A DNA stretch of 64,000 nt. It comes from Planctomycetota bacterium (GTDB lineage Bacteria; Planctomycetota; GCA-002687715; CAIWVZ01). The stretch is from positions 32,001 to 96,000 of the forward strand of contig JBGANV010000005.1 in the NCBI GenBank assembly GCA_044222185.1, written 5' to 3'. The notes beneath the pieces are model-generated. The model was not told the origin of the DNA and did not search any database. It worked only from the letters and a program-made list of their open reading frames with translations. Position 1 is the stretch's first letter. Each line of letters opens with the position of its first letter. Position numbers and translations under genes: made by a program. Below are positions 10,415 through 19,837 of this stretch, piece by piece.

Positions 10415-10903
10415 TCACGCGAGCTGGCGAAGCAGACCCCAATACCACGGCCAGAAGCAGAGGGCGGAAAGGGCGAACACGCTGCACGAAACCCACGCCG
10501 CAGCCATGGTCCGCGGATGCTTGCGGTGACGCTTCAGGAGGAGGGCGATCAGCATTCCCAGCTCGGCGGGCAGCGCCAGTGCCGCGAACAGCTGGGCGAC
10601 GGCCGTGATGTGACCCGTGACGCAATACGGCGTGAAGAACAACGCCACGAAATCGTCGCCCCGCGGCCGGAAGTAGAGGCGATCGATGGTGAAGATCCCC
10701 GCGCAGAGCATGAACGTCCAGACCCCCACGATTCCGATGATGGCCGAGCCGGCGTGCAGGATGCGCGCGACGTTGGCGTTCGCTTCGTTGCGGGAGACGG
10801 CGTTCAGCTCGTACCCGGCGACCAGGGTCGCGACGGCGGCAACGACGGGGAGCGCCAGCCCGAACCAGCCGGCGTCGACGAATCCGCCTTTCGTAGGGTC
10901 CAT
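10415..10903 (-). CDS. Hypothetical ~4-TM membrane protein directly upstream of copA
   Basis: Four hydrophobic segments; 7 nt gap to the copA start; ATG at 10903. Confidence 0.55.
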   Translation of the reverse strand: MDPTKGGFVDAGWFGLALPVVAAVATLVAGYELNAVSRNEANANVARILHAGSAIIGIVGVWTFMLCAGIFTIDRLYFRPRGDDFVALFFTPYCVTGHITAVAQLFAALALPAELGMLIALLLKRHRKHPRTMAAAWVSCSVFALSALCFWPWYWGLLRQLA

Positions 10904-10990
10904 GTCGCCGCCACTCTGACATCTCGGCGCGGGCGCCACCATTCGAGAACGGTCGCCTCCGCACCGCGGCAAGGCGATGCCACGACGCCT

Positions 10991-11019
10991 TTGACCGCCG
11001 GCGGGGCCGGCTCTACGAT
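10991..11019 (+). promoter_or_regulatory. Sigma70-like promoter for the chitinase gene
   Basis: TTGACC (10991-10996), 17 nt spacer, TACGAT (11014-11019), ~50 nt before the ATG. Confidence 0.55.
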
Positions 11020-11070
11020 CGCGCCCTCACGACCCAGATCCCCGGGTCGAGGCGAAATGGAAGTTTGGCC

Positions 11071-12840
11071 ATGCACGGCAGAAACCTCGGAATGCAGGTG
11101 CGTGCGGCGGTCGTCGCCGCGACAGTCGTAGCCCTCCTCTCTCCGGCACACACGGCGGGAGCACAGACCGTCCTCGTCACGATCTCGGCGCCGCAGGCGT
11201 GGACCGGCGGGTTCAGCGGCGAGATCACGCTGACGAACAACGCGCCGTGGACCATCTTCGACTGGCGCCTCGCATTCGATGCACCCTGGAACGTGACCAG
11301 CCTCTGGGACGCCACGCTGACGTCGCACTCTGGCGCGCATTACGTCATCGACACGCTCGCCGCCGCCTGGAACGACGGAGACCTCTCACCGGGCGAGGTC
11401 AACACGTTCGGGTTCGTCGCGACCGGGACGCTGTCGACGCCGACGAGCGCGACGCTGAACGGGACGCCCATCACGTTCAACGTGCCATCGGCAGCTCCGC
11501 CGCCTCTCCAGCCCGCCGCGGCACCGCCGTGGCCATCGCGCGTCGCCGCACCGTACTTCGATGCCACCGGGTATCCGCCATTCGGCTTCGTCGCCGCCGC
11601 ATCGAGCACGGGGACGCGGCATTGGATCGCGGGATTCGTCGTCGCCACGTCGCCCACGGATCCCACGCCGAGCTTCGGCGGTTACTACCCGACGTCGGGC
11701 CAGTACCTCCTGCCGGAGATCAACGCGCTGCGCGCCATCGGCGGTGACGTCATGGTGTCGTTCGGCGGCGCCGCAGGCACCGAGATCTCGGTTGCCGCAA
11801 CGACGGCCGCGCAGGCGCAGGCGCGCTACCAATCGGTCATCGACGCCTACGCGTTCACCCACATCGACTTCGACGTGGAAGGCGCGTGGGTCGCCGACCC
11901 GCCGTCGATCGCTCGACGAAGCCAGGCCATCGCGGGGCTGCAGGCGACGGCCCAGCAGAACAACCGGCCGTTGTCCGTCTGGTTCACGCTCCCGGTCCTC
12001 CCGAGCGGGCTGACGCTCGATGGGATCAACGTTCTGGCCTCGGCGCTGAACCACGGCGTCGTGATCGCGGGAGTGAACATCATGGCGATGGACTACGGCG
12101 ACGGCGCCGCGCCGAATCCCGCCGGGCAGATGGGCGCTTATGCGATCCAGGCGGCGAATTCCACGTTCAGCCAGCTCCAGTCGCTGTACGCGAGTCACAA
12201 CCAACCCAAGTCCGCAGCCCAGCTTTGGAAGATGTTAGGCGTCACGCCCATGATCGGCGTGAACGACGTGCAGAGCGAGATCTTCCTCCCGAGCGACGCG
12301 CAACAAGTCGTCGCATTCGCGACGGCGCACGATCTGGGGCTTCTGGGGTTCTGGAGCGGCAACCGCGACCACCAGTGCCCCGGCGGAGCTCAGACGTCGG
12401 CGAGCGGAAGCTGCAGCAGCATCCTCCAGACGCCATTCCAGTTCACGATCATCTTCCATGCGTTCACGACGGGGGTGTGGGAGGACCTGGGATTCGCGAA
12501 AGCCGGATCGACCGGGTTCCCAACACTCACGGGCGGCGGTCTCCTCTTGCCCGGCACGCCGGCCACGTGGACGCTGTCGAACGTCCCCGCCGGAGCGACC
12601 GTCGTGTTCGTCGCGGGCGCGACGATCGTGAATGCACCGGTCCTGGGGGCCACCCTCGTCCCCTCGCCGGACGTCCTGCTTCCGCTGACGGCGGGACCGA
12701 CCGGCTCGGTCCAACTCGCCGTGAGCTGGCCTGCCGGTCTGCCTTTCGGGCTCCCGCTCGTCTACCAGTGCGGGATCTTCGACGTCGGCGCATCCCAGGG
12801 ACTCAGCGCCTCGAACGCATTGCGAAGCCGCACGCCCTGA
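11071..12840 (+). CDS. Secreted chitinase: CBM2 + GH18 (PF-ChiA-like) + C-terminal domain
   Basis: Signal peptide; CBM2-like WTGGFSGEITLTN...DW...WNV..LWDA; GH18 SFGGAAG, IDFDVEG (DxDxE), NIMAMDYG, TPMIGVND. Alternative start at 11092. Confidence 0.85.
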   Translation: MHGRNLGMQVRAAVVAATVVALLSPAHTAGAQTVLVTISAPQAWTGGFSGEITLTNNAPWTIFDWRLAFDAPWNVTSLWDATLTSHSGAHYVIDTLAAAWNDGDLSPGEVNTFGFVATGTLSTPTSATLNGTPITFNVPSAAPPPLQPAAAPPWPSRVAAPYFDATGYPPFGFVAAASSTGTRHWIAGFVVATSPTDPTPSFGGYYPTSGQYLLPEINALRAIGGDVMVSFGGAAGTEISVAATTAAQAQARYQSVIDAYAFTHIDFDVEGAWVADPPSIARRSQAIAGLQATAQQNNRPLSVWFTLPVLPSGLTLDGINVLASALNHGVVIAGVNIMAMDYGDGAAPNPAGQMGAYAIQAANSTFSQLQSLYASHNQPKSAAQLWKMLGVTPMIGVNDVQSEIFLPSDAQQVVAFATAHDLGLLGFWSGNRDHQCPGGAQTSASGSCSSILQTPFQFTIIFHAFTTGVWEDLGFAKAGSTGFPTLTGGGLLLPGTPATWTLSNVPAGATVVFVAGATIVNAPVLGATLVPSPDVLLPLTAGPTGSVQLAVSWPAGLPFGLPLVYQCGIFDVGASQGLSASNALRSRTP

Positions 12841-12959
12841 GACACGCGAAGGCCGATCGAAAGCGCACGGCTGCTTGTGACCCGGCCGCGCGAGCCGCGT
12901 CCTTCCTCGTGGTGCAGGCGCGGCCCGACAGTGCCATCATCCCCGTCACGGAGTTTCGA

Positions 12960-14735
12960 ATGCGATTCACCTCGAGCAGTTGCGCGGGACGGACCCCGAC
13001 CCGTCGGCGCACGACACGGCCTCTGATTCTCTTCCTCGTCCTCGTTGGTGCCGGCACGGTCCTGCGCGGTCAGGATCCGGGTGCGGCGCGTTCCTACGAC
13101 TTCAGGATGCTCGAGAGGCTCGGCGCGACCTTCGACCGGAACCTTCCGATCGAGACGCCTCCGCTGCGACCTGGCGCGGCGGGCGAAGCCTCCATGCGCT
13201 ACCTGTGGACGGAACAGCGCGAAAGCACCGTGCGTTTCGGCGACGGTGAAATCTCGCCGCTTCTGCGCGCAGCCGCGGGCGTCGCGCCCAACGCCGACCC
13301 CGGACAAGTCATGGAAGGAGGCGGGGCCCGCTTCACGTTCCGCGGCTCCGTCGAGCGTCAGCAGCAGTTCGCGTCCTCCATCGCGCAACTGGTCGAGGCG
13401 ATCGCCGCCGAGGCCATCGTCGACATCTTCGAGATCCCGGCAGCGGCCACCGTGAACATCGACAAGAACGTGCTCGATCCCAAGCAGGTCTCCGATCTCC
13501 TTGCAGCGGTCAAGCCGACCCGGTCCCAGCGTGTCCGGGCGCAGTTCGGAGTCCAGGCCGCCATCGATTCCGTCACGCGCAAGGCCTACGTGAAGGACTA
13601 CGACGTCGAGGTCGCCCAGAGCTCGAGCGCTGGCGACCCGCTCATCGACGTCCTGCTCTCGGGCTTCCGCGGCACCGTTCGCGTCGAACCGACGATCGAC
13701 GGGCGGTTGGCGATCACGATCCGCGCCAGCGATCAGCATGAAGTCGCCGCGATGAAATCTCACGTGGTGAAGTTCCCGACGGAAGGAACGATCCAACTCC
13801 CGACGGTCGCGTGGAGCTGCGCCGGCGCCAGCGCGCTGGTCGTCAACGAGGGCGGCGTGCTGTTCGGCAACAACGTGAACGACCGTGGACTGTGGCTCGC
13901 CCGCGTGCGTCGCGCGGCACAGCCGAAGCCCCTCGCCATCGAGGGTGCCGAGTTGCTCCCCGTCGGGCCGCTCGTCCTGCCCGTGTTGACACAGGCGGCG
14001 CGCTCGCACGTAGGCGTCGTCAACGCATCCGGCAACTCGGATCCGGCCGCGGAGGCATCGGCGGAGGACCTCTTCCACTACGACCGACAGTGGATCGCGG
14101 ACAACCTCTTCGGCTCCACCGTGGGGGACCACGACGTGACGATGGTCGGCACGAGCCTCGCCGTGGTGGCCAACGACGCCCAGCGGAAGAGCGCCCGCGA
14201 GATGATCACGCGCCTCACGCGTGACGTTGCGCGCACGGTCAGCCTGGAGGTACGCGCCGGAGTGCTCGACGCGAGTGCCGCGCCCGATCCCGCGGTGGAC
14301 GACTCGAGCGTCGCCGCCGCCCTCCCGCTCCGCCTGCGCACCTGCGCACGCACGCGGGACAGCGTCCTCATGGTCGCCGCCACGTGCGAAGCCTACATGA
14401 AGGACGAGGACGTGGAGATCGCGGAGAAGGCGACCATCGCGGACCCCAACGTCGACGTCCTGCAAACGGGATTGAGCTGCTCCGCCACGGTGACGACGGC
14501 GGGCGAGAACCGCTGGGTGGTGGAGTGGACGCTTCGCTACAGCGAGCACGCCGGGAAGATGGGGAGCGTGCTCACCACGCACGACGACACGGGCCCGATC
14601 GACCTCCCGGAACTTCGGGGCGTGAGCCTCGGCGGACAGTCGCTGCCGGAGGCCGGCACGTGGGTCGAGGTCTGCCGCACGACCGTTGCCGGCACGGACA
14701 AGGTGTTCCTGGCGTTCATCCGCCTCGCGGAGTGA
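12960..14735 (+). CDS. Exported protein with two tandem secretin-like (N3 + reduced core) modules; paralog A
   Basis: Hydrophobic signal; duplicated motif KAYVKDYDVEVAQ...GDPLIDVL.SG / EAYMKDEDVEIAE...ADPNVDVL.TG; TIQLP / PIDLP; VSLEVR. The ORF track start at 11886 is an overlap artefact. Confidence 0.6.
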   Translation: MRFTSSSCAGRTPTRRRTTRPLILFLVLVGAGTVLRGQDPGAARSYDFRMLERLGATFDRNLPIETPPLRPGAAGEASMRYLWTEQRESTVRFGDGEISPLLRAAAGVAPNADPGQVMEGGGARFTFRGSVERQQQFASSIAQLVEAIAAEAIVDIFEIPAAATVNIDKNVLDPKQVSDLLAAVKPTRSQRVRAQFGVQAAIDSVTRKAYVKDYDVEVAQSSSAGDPLIDVLLSGFRGTVRVEPTIDGRLAITIRASDQHEVAAMKSHVVKFPTEGTIQLPTVAWSCAGASALVVNEGGVLFGNNVNDRGLWLARVRRAAQPKPLAIEGAELLPVGPLVLPVLTQAARSHVGVVNASGNSDPAAEASAEDLFHYDRQWIADNLFGSTVGDHDVTMVGTSLAVVANDAQRKSAREMITRLTRDVARTVSLEVRAGVLDASAAPDPAVDDSSVAAALPLRLRTCARTRDSVLMVAATCEAYMKDEDVEIAEKATIADPNVDVLQTGLSCSATVTTAGENRWVVEWTLRYSEHAGKMGSVLTTHDDTGPIDLPELRGVSLGGQSLPEAGTWVEVCRTTVAGTDKVFLAFIRLAE

Positions 14736-14772
14736 CATGACCTGGGCGAGCCCGATCCTCGGACGACATCTC

Positions 14773-16482
14773 ATGCGAACGACCGCGGCTCGCGTCGCGG
14801 CGTTCGCCCTGCTGGCAGCGACGGTCGTCGCGCAGCAGGCCGTCGTCACGCGTGCCTACAGCCTCGACTGGGTCTCCAAGCTCGGCCGGGCCGTGGACGA
14901 GGATCTCCTGCTCGAAGTGGGTCCGCTGCGTCTGCGATCCGATGATGCCGCCGCGGCGCTTGGCGAGGACAAGGACACGTTCCGGCTCGACTCGCCCGCG
15001 ACCGTGCGTTTTCTCGATGCTCTTCGCATGGTCTACACCGCGGCCGGCCTCGACCCGGACCACATTCCCGAAAACGTCGCGTCCGTCGACGGAGAAGTCG
15101 TGCGGCTCACGGTGGACGACGCCCACCATGCGGCCGTCGCGCGTGCGCTCGCGGACCTCACGTCCGCGATTCGGGATGCCTATCGGATGGACGTGTTCGA
15201 GATCGCCGGCGGCGACGAACTCCCAGCGGGCGCCGTGCTGACGTCCGCCGCGGCCCGGAAGCTCATGGTCCCCGGCAAGAGCCGACACATCGCGGGAACG
15301 AACCTCCGCCCGGGGATCAGCACGTCCCTGCGATCGACGGGCACCCGCGCCTACCTGCAAGTCGTCGCCGCCGAGGTGGCGTGTGCGTCTCGACCCACTG
15401 GCGATCCGACCGTCGGCACGCTCGAACGGGGAATCCGCGCCGTTGCGCGCGTCCTCGACGCGGGCGGAGGCCGCATCGCCGTGTCGTTCCGTGGCGCGGT
15501 GCAGCGCGAGGCGACCCCGCCGCGCCTGCACGACGTCAACTTCACCAGCCGCGGAACGATCCAACTGCCGGTCGTCGATTGGACATGCCTGGGCGCCGAA
15601 TCCGTCGTCGAATCAGGCGGCGCCATCGTGCTTGCGGCGGATGGTCCCGCGCCCGTCCGATGGCTCGTGAGCGTCCGCAGCGGCAAACGCACGGATCCCG
15701 ACGCGGACTCCCCGTTCATTCCCGTCGGAGTCCTGCGCTTCGACGGCGGCCACGCGCAGGTCGAACTGCCGCCGGGCCGGCTCGCTCCATCGGGGAGCTC
15801 GGACTACCTGGATGTCACCGGACCCGCGCCCGACGAGGCGGACCCGATCCTCGGGTCCATCCTTCAGTCCACGCCGCAGACCACGTTGCTCGGCACGAGC
15901 CTCGTGATGCACGGCGACGTGGGCGCTCGCCGGAGCGTCCGGACGCAGATCGAGTCCGCGACGCGAGACCGCACGAAATCCGCCACCGTCGAGTTCAGGG
16001 CCGGTGAGATCGACGGTGTCGCCGGCGCAGCCGCAGGCGGTGGTGGCTCCGCGGATGCGGCGCAGACAGCACCATTCGTGTTTCGGGTTCCCATCGTCAC
16101 CGGACACCGAGTCCGCCTGATCGCGGCGACGGCCCATGCGTACCTGAAGGATCAGGACATCGAGATCGCGCACGACACGTCCGTCGGCAACGCCGTCGTC
16201 GCGGTCGTGGACGACGGCACGGACGTCTCGGTCGAGGCCCATGCCGTTGGCCAGGGCACGTGGCTCGTGCAGTGGGAACTGGGGCGCGGACGTCTCGCCG
16301 TCCCCATTCCGGGCGTGCCCTCCACTCGCGAAGAGATCGGCAACATCGAGATGCCGACGACGACGACGGTCACGGCCTCGGGCACGTCCCTCGTGAAGGC
16401 CGGCGATTGGGTCGAGTTGAACCGCACGAGCGGTCCGGGTTCGGCACGACCGTTCGTCGCATTCCTTCGACTGACGGAATGA
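14773..16482 (+). CDS. Exported protein with two tandem secretin-like modules; paralog B
   Basis: Signal MRTTAARVAAFALLAATVVA|Q; RAYLQVVAAEVA...GDPTVGTL.RG / HAYLKDQDIEIAH...GNAVVAVV.DG; GTIQLP; ends FVAFLRLTE like paralog A (FLAFIRLAE). Alternative start at 14737. Confidence 0.6.
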   Translation: MRTTAARVAAFALLAATVVAQQAVVTRAYSLDWVSKLGRAVDEDLLLEVGPLRLRSDDAAAALGEDKDTFRLDSPATVRFLDALRMVYTAAGLDPDHIPENVASVDGEVVRLTVDDAHHAAVARALADLTSAIRDAYRMDVFEIAGGDELPAGAVLTSAAARKLMVPGKSRHIAGTNLRPGISTSLRSTGTRAYLQVVAAEVACASRPTGDPTVGTLERGIRAVARVLDAGGGRIAVSFRGAVQREATPPRLHDVNFTSRGTIQLPVVDWTCLGAESVVESGGAIVLAADGPAPVRWLVSVRSGKRTDPDADSPFIPVGVLRFDGGHAQVELPPGRLAPSGSSDYLDVTGPAPDEADPILGSILQSTPQTTLLGTSLVMHGDVGARRSVRTQIESATRDRTKSATVEFRAGEIDGVAGAAAGGGGSADAAQTAPFVFRVPIVTGHRVRLIAATAHAYLKDQDIEIAHDTSVGNAVVAVVDDGTDVSVEAHAVGQGTWLVQWELGRGRLAVPIPGVPSTREEIGNIEMPTTTTVTASGTSLVKAGDWVELNRTSGPGSARPFVAFLRLTE

Positions 16483-16504
16483 ACGAACGGGCGCCTGCGC
16501 GCGC

Positions 16505-17377
16505 TCAGCCGATCCGGTTCCCCTTCTCGTCGTACTTGTAGACGCCCTGGCCCGTCTTCTTCCCCAGGTGTCCGGCATTCACCAGCTTCTCGATCATCGG
16601 TGAGGGTCGATAAGTCTCCCCCAGCGTCTTGTGCAGGTATCGCAGAGTCGACAGCCGCGTGTCGAGGCCGACGAGGTCGACCATCTCGAATGGCCCCATG
16701 GGGTGGTTCAACCCCAGCTTCAAGGCCTTGTCGATGTCCTGGGCGCTGGCGATTCCGGCCTCGAGCATCCGGAACGCCTCGTTGCCGATGAGCGCGTTGA
16801 TGCGCGACGTGGCGAAGCCCGGCGACTCCTTCACGCGCACCGTTTCCTTCTCCATCTTCTTCGACACCCACTCCGTGGCCTCGAGCGCGGCCGCAGACGA
16901 CTCGGGCCCGAGGATGATCTCGATCAGGCGCATGACCGGCACGGGGTTGAAGAAGTGCATTCCGATGACGCGGCCGTGGTCCTTCACGGGCGCTGCGATC
17001 TCGCTGATCATGAGGCTCGACGTGTTCGTAGCGAGGACCACGTCCGGCCGGAGGATCGCCTCGAGCTGCGTGAAGAGTTTCTGTTTCAGGTCGAGCTTCT
17101 CGGGCACGGCTTCGATGACGAAGTCCGTCGTTCGGGCAGCCGTCTGGAGGTCCGTCGTCGTCTTGAGCAGCTCACCAGCACGCGACGCGCGGGCGCCGTC
17201 GACCTTCCCCTTCTCGACGCCTTTCTGGATCGACTCCAGGATCCGCTTGCGGGCCTTCTCCAGCGCGCCGGCGTCGATGTCGTAGAGCCATGTGGTGAAA
17301 CCGGCGAGCGCGGAGACCTGGGCGATGCCGGCGCCCATGATGCCGGAGCCGAGCACGGTGACTTCCTGGATGTTCAC
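16505..17377 (-). CDS. 3-hydroxyacyl(butyryl)-CoA dehydrogenase
   Basis: VLGSGIMGAGIA (NAD binding), EAVPE, ATNTSS, GMHFFNP, HPMGPFE...DLVGLD. GTG start. Confidence 0.92.
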   Translation of the reverse strand: MNIQEVTVLGSGIMGAGIAQVSALAGFTTWLYDIDAGALEKARKRILESIQKGVEKGKVDGARASRAGELLKTTTDLQTAARTTDFVIEAVPEKLDLKQKLFTQLEAILRPDVVLATNTSSLMISEIAAPVKDHGRVIGMHFFNPVPVMRLIEIILGPESSAAALEATEWVSKKMEKETVRVKESPGFATSRINALIGNEAFRMLEAGIASAQDIDKALKLGLNHPMGPFEMVDLVGLDTRLSTLRYLHKTLGETYRPSPMIEKLVNAGHLGKKTGQGVYKYDEKGNRIG

Positions 17378-17414
17378 GTCGTCTGCCTTTCGTCGTGTGG
17401 TCGTACTTCCGCGT

Positions 17415-18185
17415 TCAAGCGTGACGCCAGCGCGGTGAGCGTTTCTCGAGGAAGGCCTCGATGCCTTCCGTGATGTCGGCGGAGCCGATGAGCTCGCGCG
17501 AGTAGATCGCCTCGGCTTCGTGGAGCGCCCTCGCGATCTCGGGGGCACTCCTGCGCCTCATGGCGAGCACGGTCGTGCGCAGCACGTGGCGCGACTGGCT
17601 TCGAAGCTGGTCGAACAGCTCTTCGAGGGTGCGTTCGAGCGGCCCCAGGCGCGACAGGAGCCCCATCTCGTACGCGCACTGCGCCGTGATGGGCTCACCG
17701 GTGAGGATCATGTCAGCGGCCCGCGCCGGGCCGATGATCGCGGCGAGGCGGATGCACGCCACGGGCGGGAAGCAGCCGACCTTGATCTCCGGCTGCCCCA
17801 GCGTCGTGTCAGGGTCGGCGACGACGAGGTCGCAACTCGTCGCGAGCTCCAGCCCACCTCCGAGGCAGAAACCGTGGATGCCCGCGATCGTCACGTGCGG
17901 GAGGTGGAGCAGGCGCTCGACGATGCCGTGCACGGCTCGCAGCATGGCCCGAGCGTGGACGGGGCGATGATCGCCGATGTCCACCCCCGCCGAGAACGCC
18001 TTGGCACCGGCACCGCGGAGGACGACGGCGCACAGCGACGCGTCGTCCGCGGCCGTCGCCAGAGCCCGTTGGATCTCGTCCAGCAGGGGCAGGTCGAGGA
18101 CGTTCAGCGGCGGGCGGTCGATCGTCAGCGTGAGGACGTTGCGATCGAGGGCCACGTGGAGCTTGCCGGGGAGCTGCGGTCTCAT
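17415..18185 (-). CDS. Enoyl-CoA hydratase/isomerase (dienoyl-CoA hydratase Dch-like)
   Basis: RPPLNVLD, AFSAGVDI.DH, CLGGGLELA..CD, GQPEIKVGCFPP. Confidence 0.8.
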   Translation of the reverse strand: MRPQLPGKLHVALDRNVLTLTIDRPPLNVLDLPLLDEIQRALATAADDASLCAVVLRGAGAKAFSAGVDIGDHRPVHARAMLRAVHGIVERLLHLPHVTIAGIHGFCLGGGLELATSCDLVVADPDTTLGQPEIKVGCFPPVACIRLAAIIGPARAADMILTGEPITAQCAYEMGLLSRLGPLERTLEELFDQLRSQSRHVLRTTVLAMRRRSAPEIARALHEAEAIYSRELIGSADITEGIEAFLEKRSPRWRHA

Positions 18186-19075
18186 GGGCGACCTCCGGGT
18201 GGAAACAGGCGCAGCGCATTGTCGCGCACGATGCGCTGTTTCGCATCCGCAGAGAGCGGCAGGGCCAGGACATCGTCCAGGTTCTGTCGGAGGCTCCGCA
18301 CACCGGGCGAGGGCCAGTCGGTCCCGAACAGCACGCGATCGGAGATCTCCTCGAGTCGCGGAAACGAGTCGAGGAGCGTCTTGGGCGGGATCCCCGAGAT
18401 GTCCAGCCAGCAGTTCTTGTGGCGTCGCAGGAGGAAGAAGGCTTCGTTCATCCAGAGGGGCCGGCCGCCGTGCGCGAGGATGATCTTGAGCCCCGGGAAA
18501 TCCACCGCCACGTCATCGAGCACGAGCGCTTCTCCGAGCCGGCTGCGCGCACCAGGGAAGATCGACGTCCCCGTGTGAAACATGATCGGCACGCCCCGTT
18601 CGGCGCAGGCCGAATACACGTGCTCGAGATCCGGGCACTCGCCCGTCCGGTACGCATCCGGCGAGATCGCCTGGTGCGGCGGATGGAGCTTGATTCCATC
18701 CAGACGCAGGTCGTCGAGGAGGTGCGCCATCTCCGACCGCACGTCGCGACACGCCGGCGGGTGGATTCCGCCGAACGCAATGACGCGGCCACCTGCCTCG
18801 TCGCGGTAGCGCGCAGCCCACGCGTTCACCTCGGGCGTGAACCCCATGATGATGGGCGCCACGTAATTGATCAGCGCCACGCGACCCACCTCGATCGAGT
18901 CGAGCCACGCGACCAATGCCCGCGGATCCGCCTGAAGCCGGCGGATCAGGTCCAGATCGCCGCGGCCCGACTCGATGGCCTTGCGGGCAAACGCGTTCAT
19001 CATCTCCCAGGGCTGCACGTGCACGTGCACGTCCGTGGGCCATGCCCGGATCGGGTCGGTCGCCGCGTCGGTCAC
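18182..19075 (-). CDS. Amidohydrolase_2 family metallo-hydrolase
   Basis: DVHVH, GIKLHP, FHTG, LAHGG, DISG, LFGTDWP. The GTG start overlaps the upstream stop. Confidence 0.85.
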   Translation of the reverse strand: MTDAATDPIRAWPTDVHVHVQPWEMMNAFARKAIESGRGDLDLIRRLQADPRALVAWLDSIEVGRVALINYVAPIIMGFTPEVNAWAARYRDEAGGRVIAFGGIHPPACRDVRSEMAHLLDDLRLDGIKLHPPHQAISPDAYRTGECPDLEHVYSACAERGVPIMFHTGTSIFPGARSRLGEALVLDDVAVDFPGLKIILAHGGRPLWMNEAFFLLRRHKNCWLDISGIPPKTLLDSFPRLEEISDRVLFGTDWPSPGVRSLRQNLDDVLALPLSADAKQRIVRDNALRLFPPGGRP

Positions 19076-19836
19076 TTCTTCTTCTCGAGGAACGCCGCCA
19101 TGCGCCGCTTCTTGTCGTCGGTATCGAAGAGGACCGCCTGGGAGAGGTACTCGACCATGGTGGATCGGCGATCGACGGTGTTCACCGCAGCGTTCAGCGC
19201 GACCTTCGCGAGCCGTACGGCCATGGGCGCGTTCTTCTGGATCGCTCGCATCATCTCGCGCGCCGCATCCAGCGGCGACTGAGGCGGATCGACGACGCGG
19301 TTGACGAGCCCGATCCGCACGGCCTCGTCGGCCTTCACGAGCCGCCCCGTGAAGATGAGCTCGCGTGCGAGACCCGGTCCGATCGTTCGCGTGAGCCGGT
19401 GAGGCGCGCCCGCACCCGGGATGATTCCCAGCGCCACCTCCGGTTGGCCGAAGGTCGCCTGGGGCCCGGCGAGCCGGATGTCGCACGCGAGCGCCAGCTC
19501 ACAGCCGCCGCCGAGGGCATATCCGTGGATGGCCGCGATCGTGGGCCATGGGAAGTCTTCGAGCAGTTGGAACACCGCCGCGTTGATCGCCTTCAGCGCG
19601 TCGTTCACGTCGCGCTTTGCGAGTTCGGAGATGTCCGCGCCCGCGATGAAAGCCTTGTCGCCGGCCCCGTGGAGGATGAGCCCTCGAACGTCCGCGTCGG
19701 CGGCCAGTTCGCGGAGCGCCGAGGTCAGGTCGTTCACCATCTGCAGATTGACGGCGTTGCGCACCTCGGGCCGGTTGAACGTCAACTCGGCCCACCCCTC
19801 CGCGCTCTTCGTCAGAACGATCGTCGAGTACTCCAC
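19072..19836 (-). CDS. Enoyl-CoA hydratase (crotonase)
   Basis: NRPEVRNA, AFIAGADI, GGGCELALACD, GQPEVALGIIPGAG. Confidence 0.9.
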   Translation of the reverse strand: MEYSTIVLTKSAEGWAELTFNRPEVRNAVNLQMVNDLTSALRELAADADVRGLILHGAGDKAFIAGADISELAKRDVNDALKAINAAVFQLLEDFPWPTIAAIHGYALGGGCELALACDIRLAGPQATFGQPEVALGIIPGAGAPHRLTRTIGPGLARELIFTGRLVKADEAVRIGLVNRVVDPPQSPLDAAREMMRAIQKNAPMAVRLAKVALNAAVNTVDRRSTMVEYLSQAVLFDTDDKKRRMAAFLEKKK

Positions 19837-19837
19837 G

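Noticed and set aside
11886-12959. N-terminal extension of the 949-aa ORF
   Set aside because: It overlaps the chitinase in another frame and is Arg/Pro-rich shadow sequence; a signal peptide begins at the ATG at 12960.
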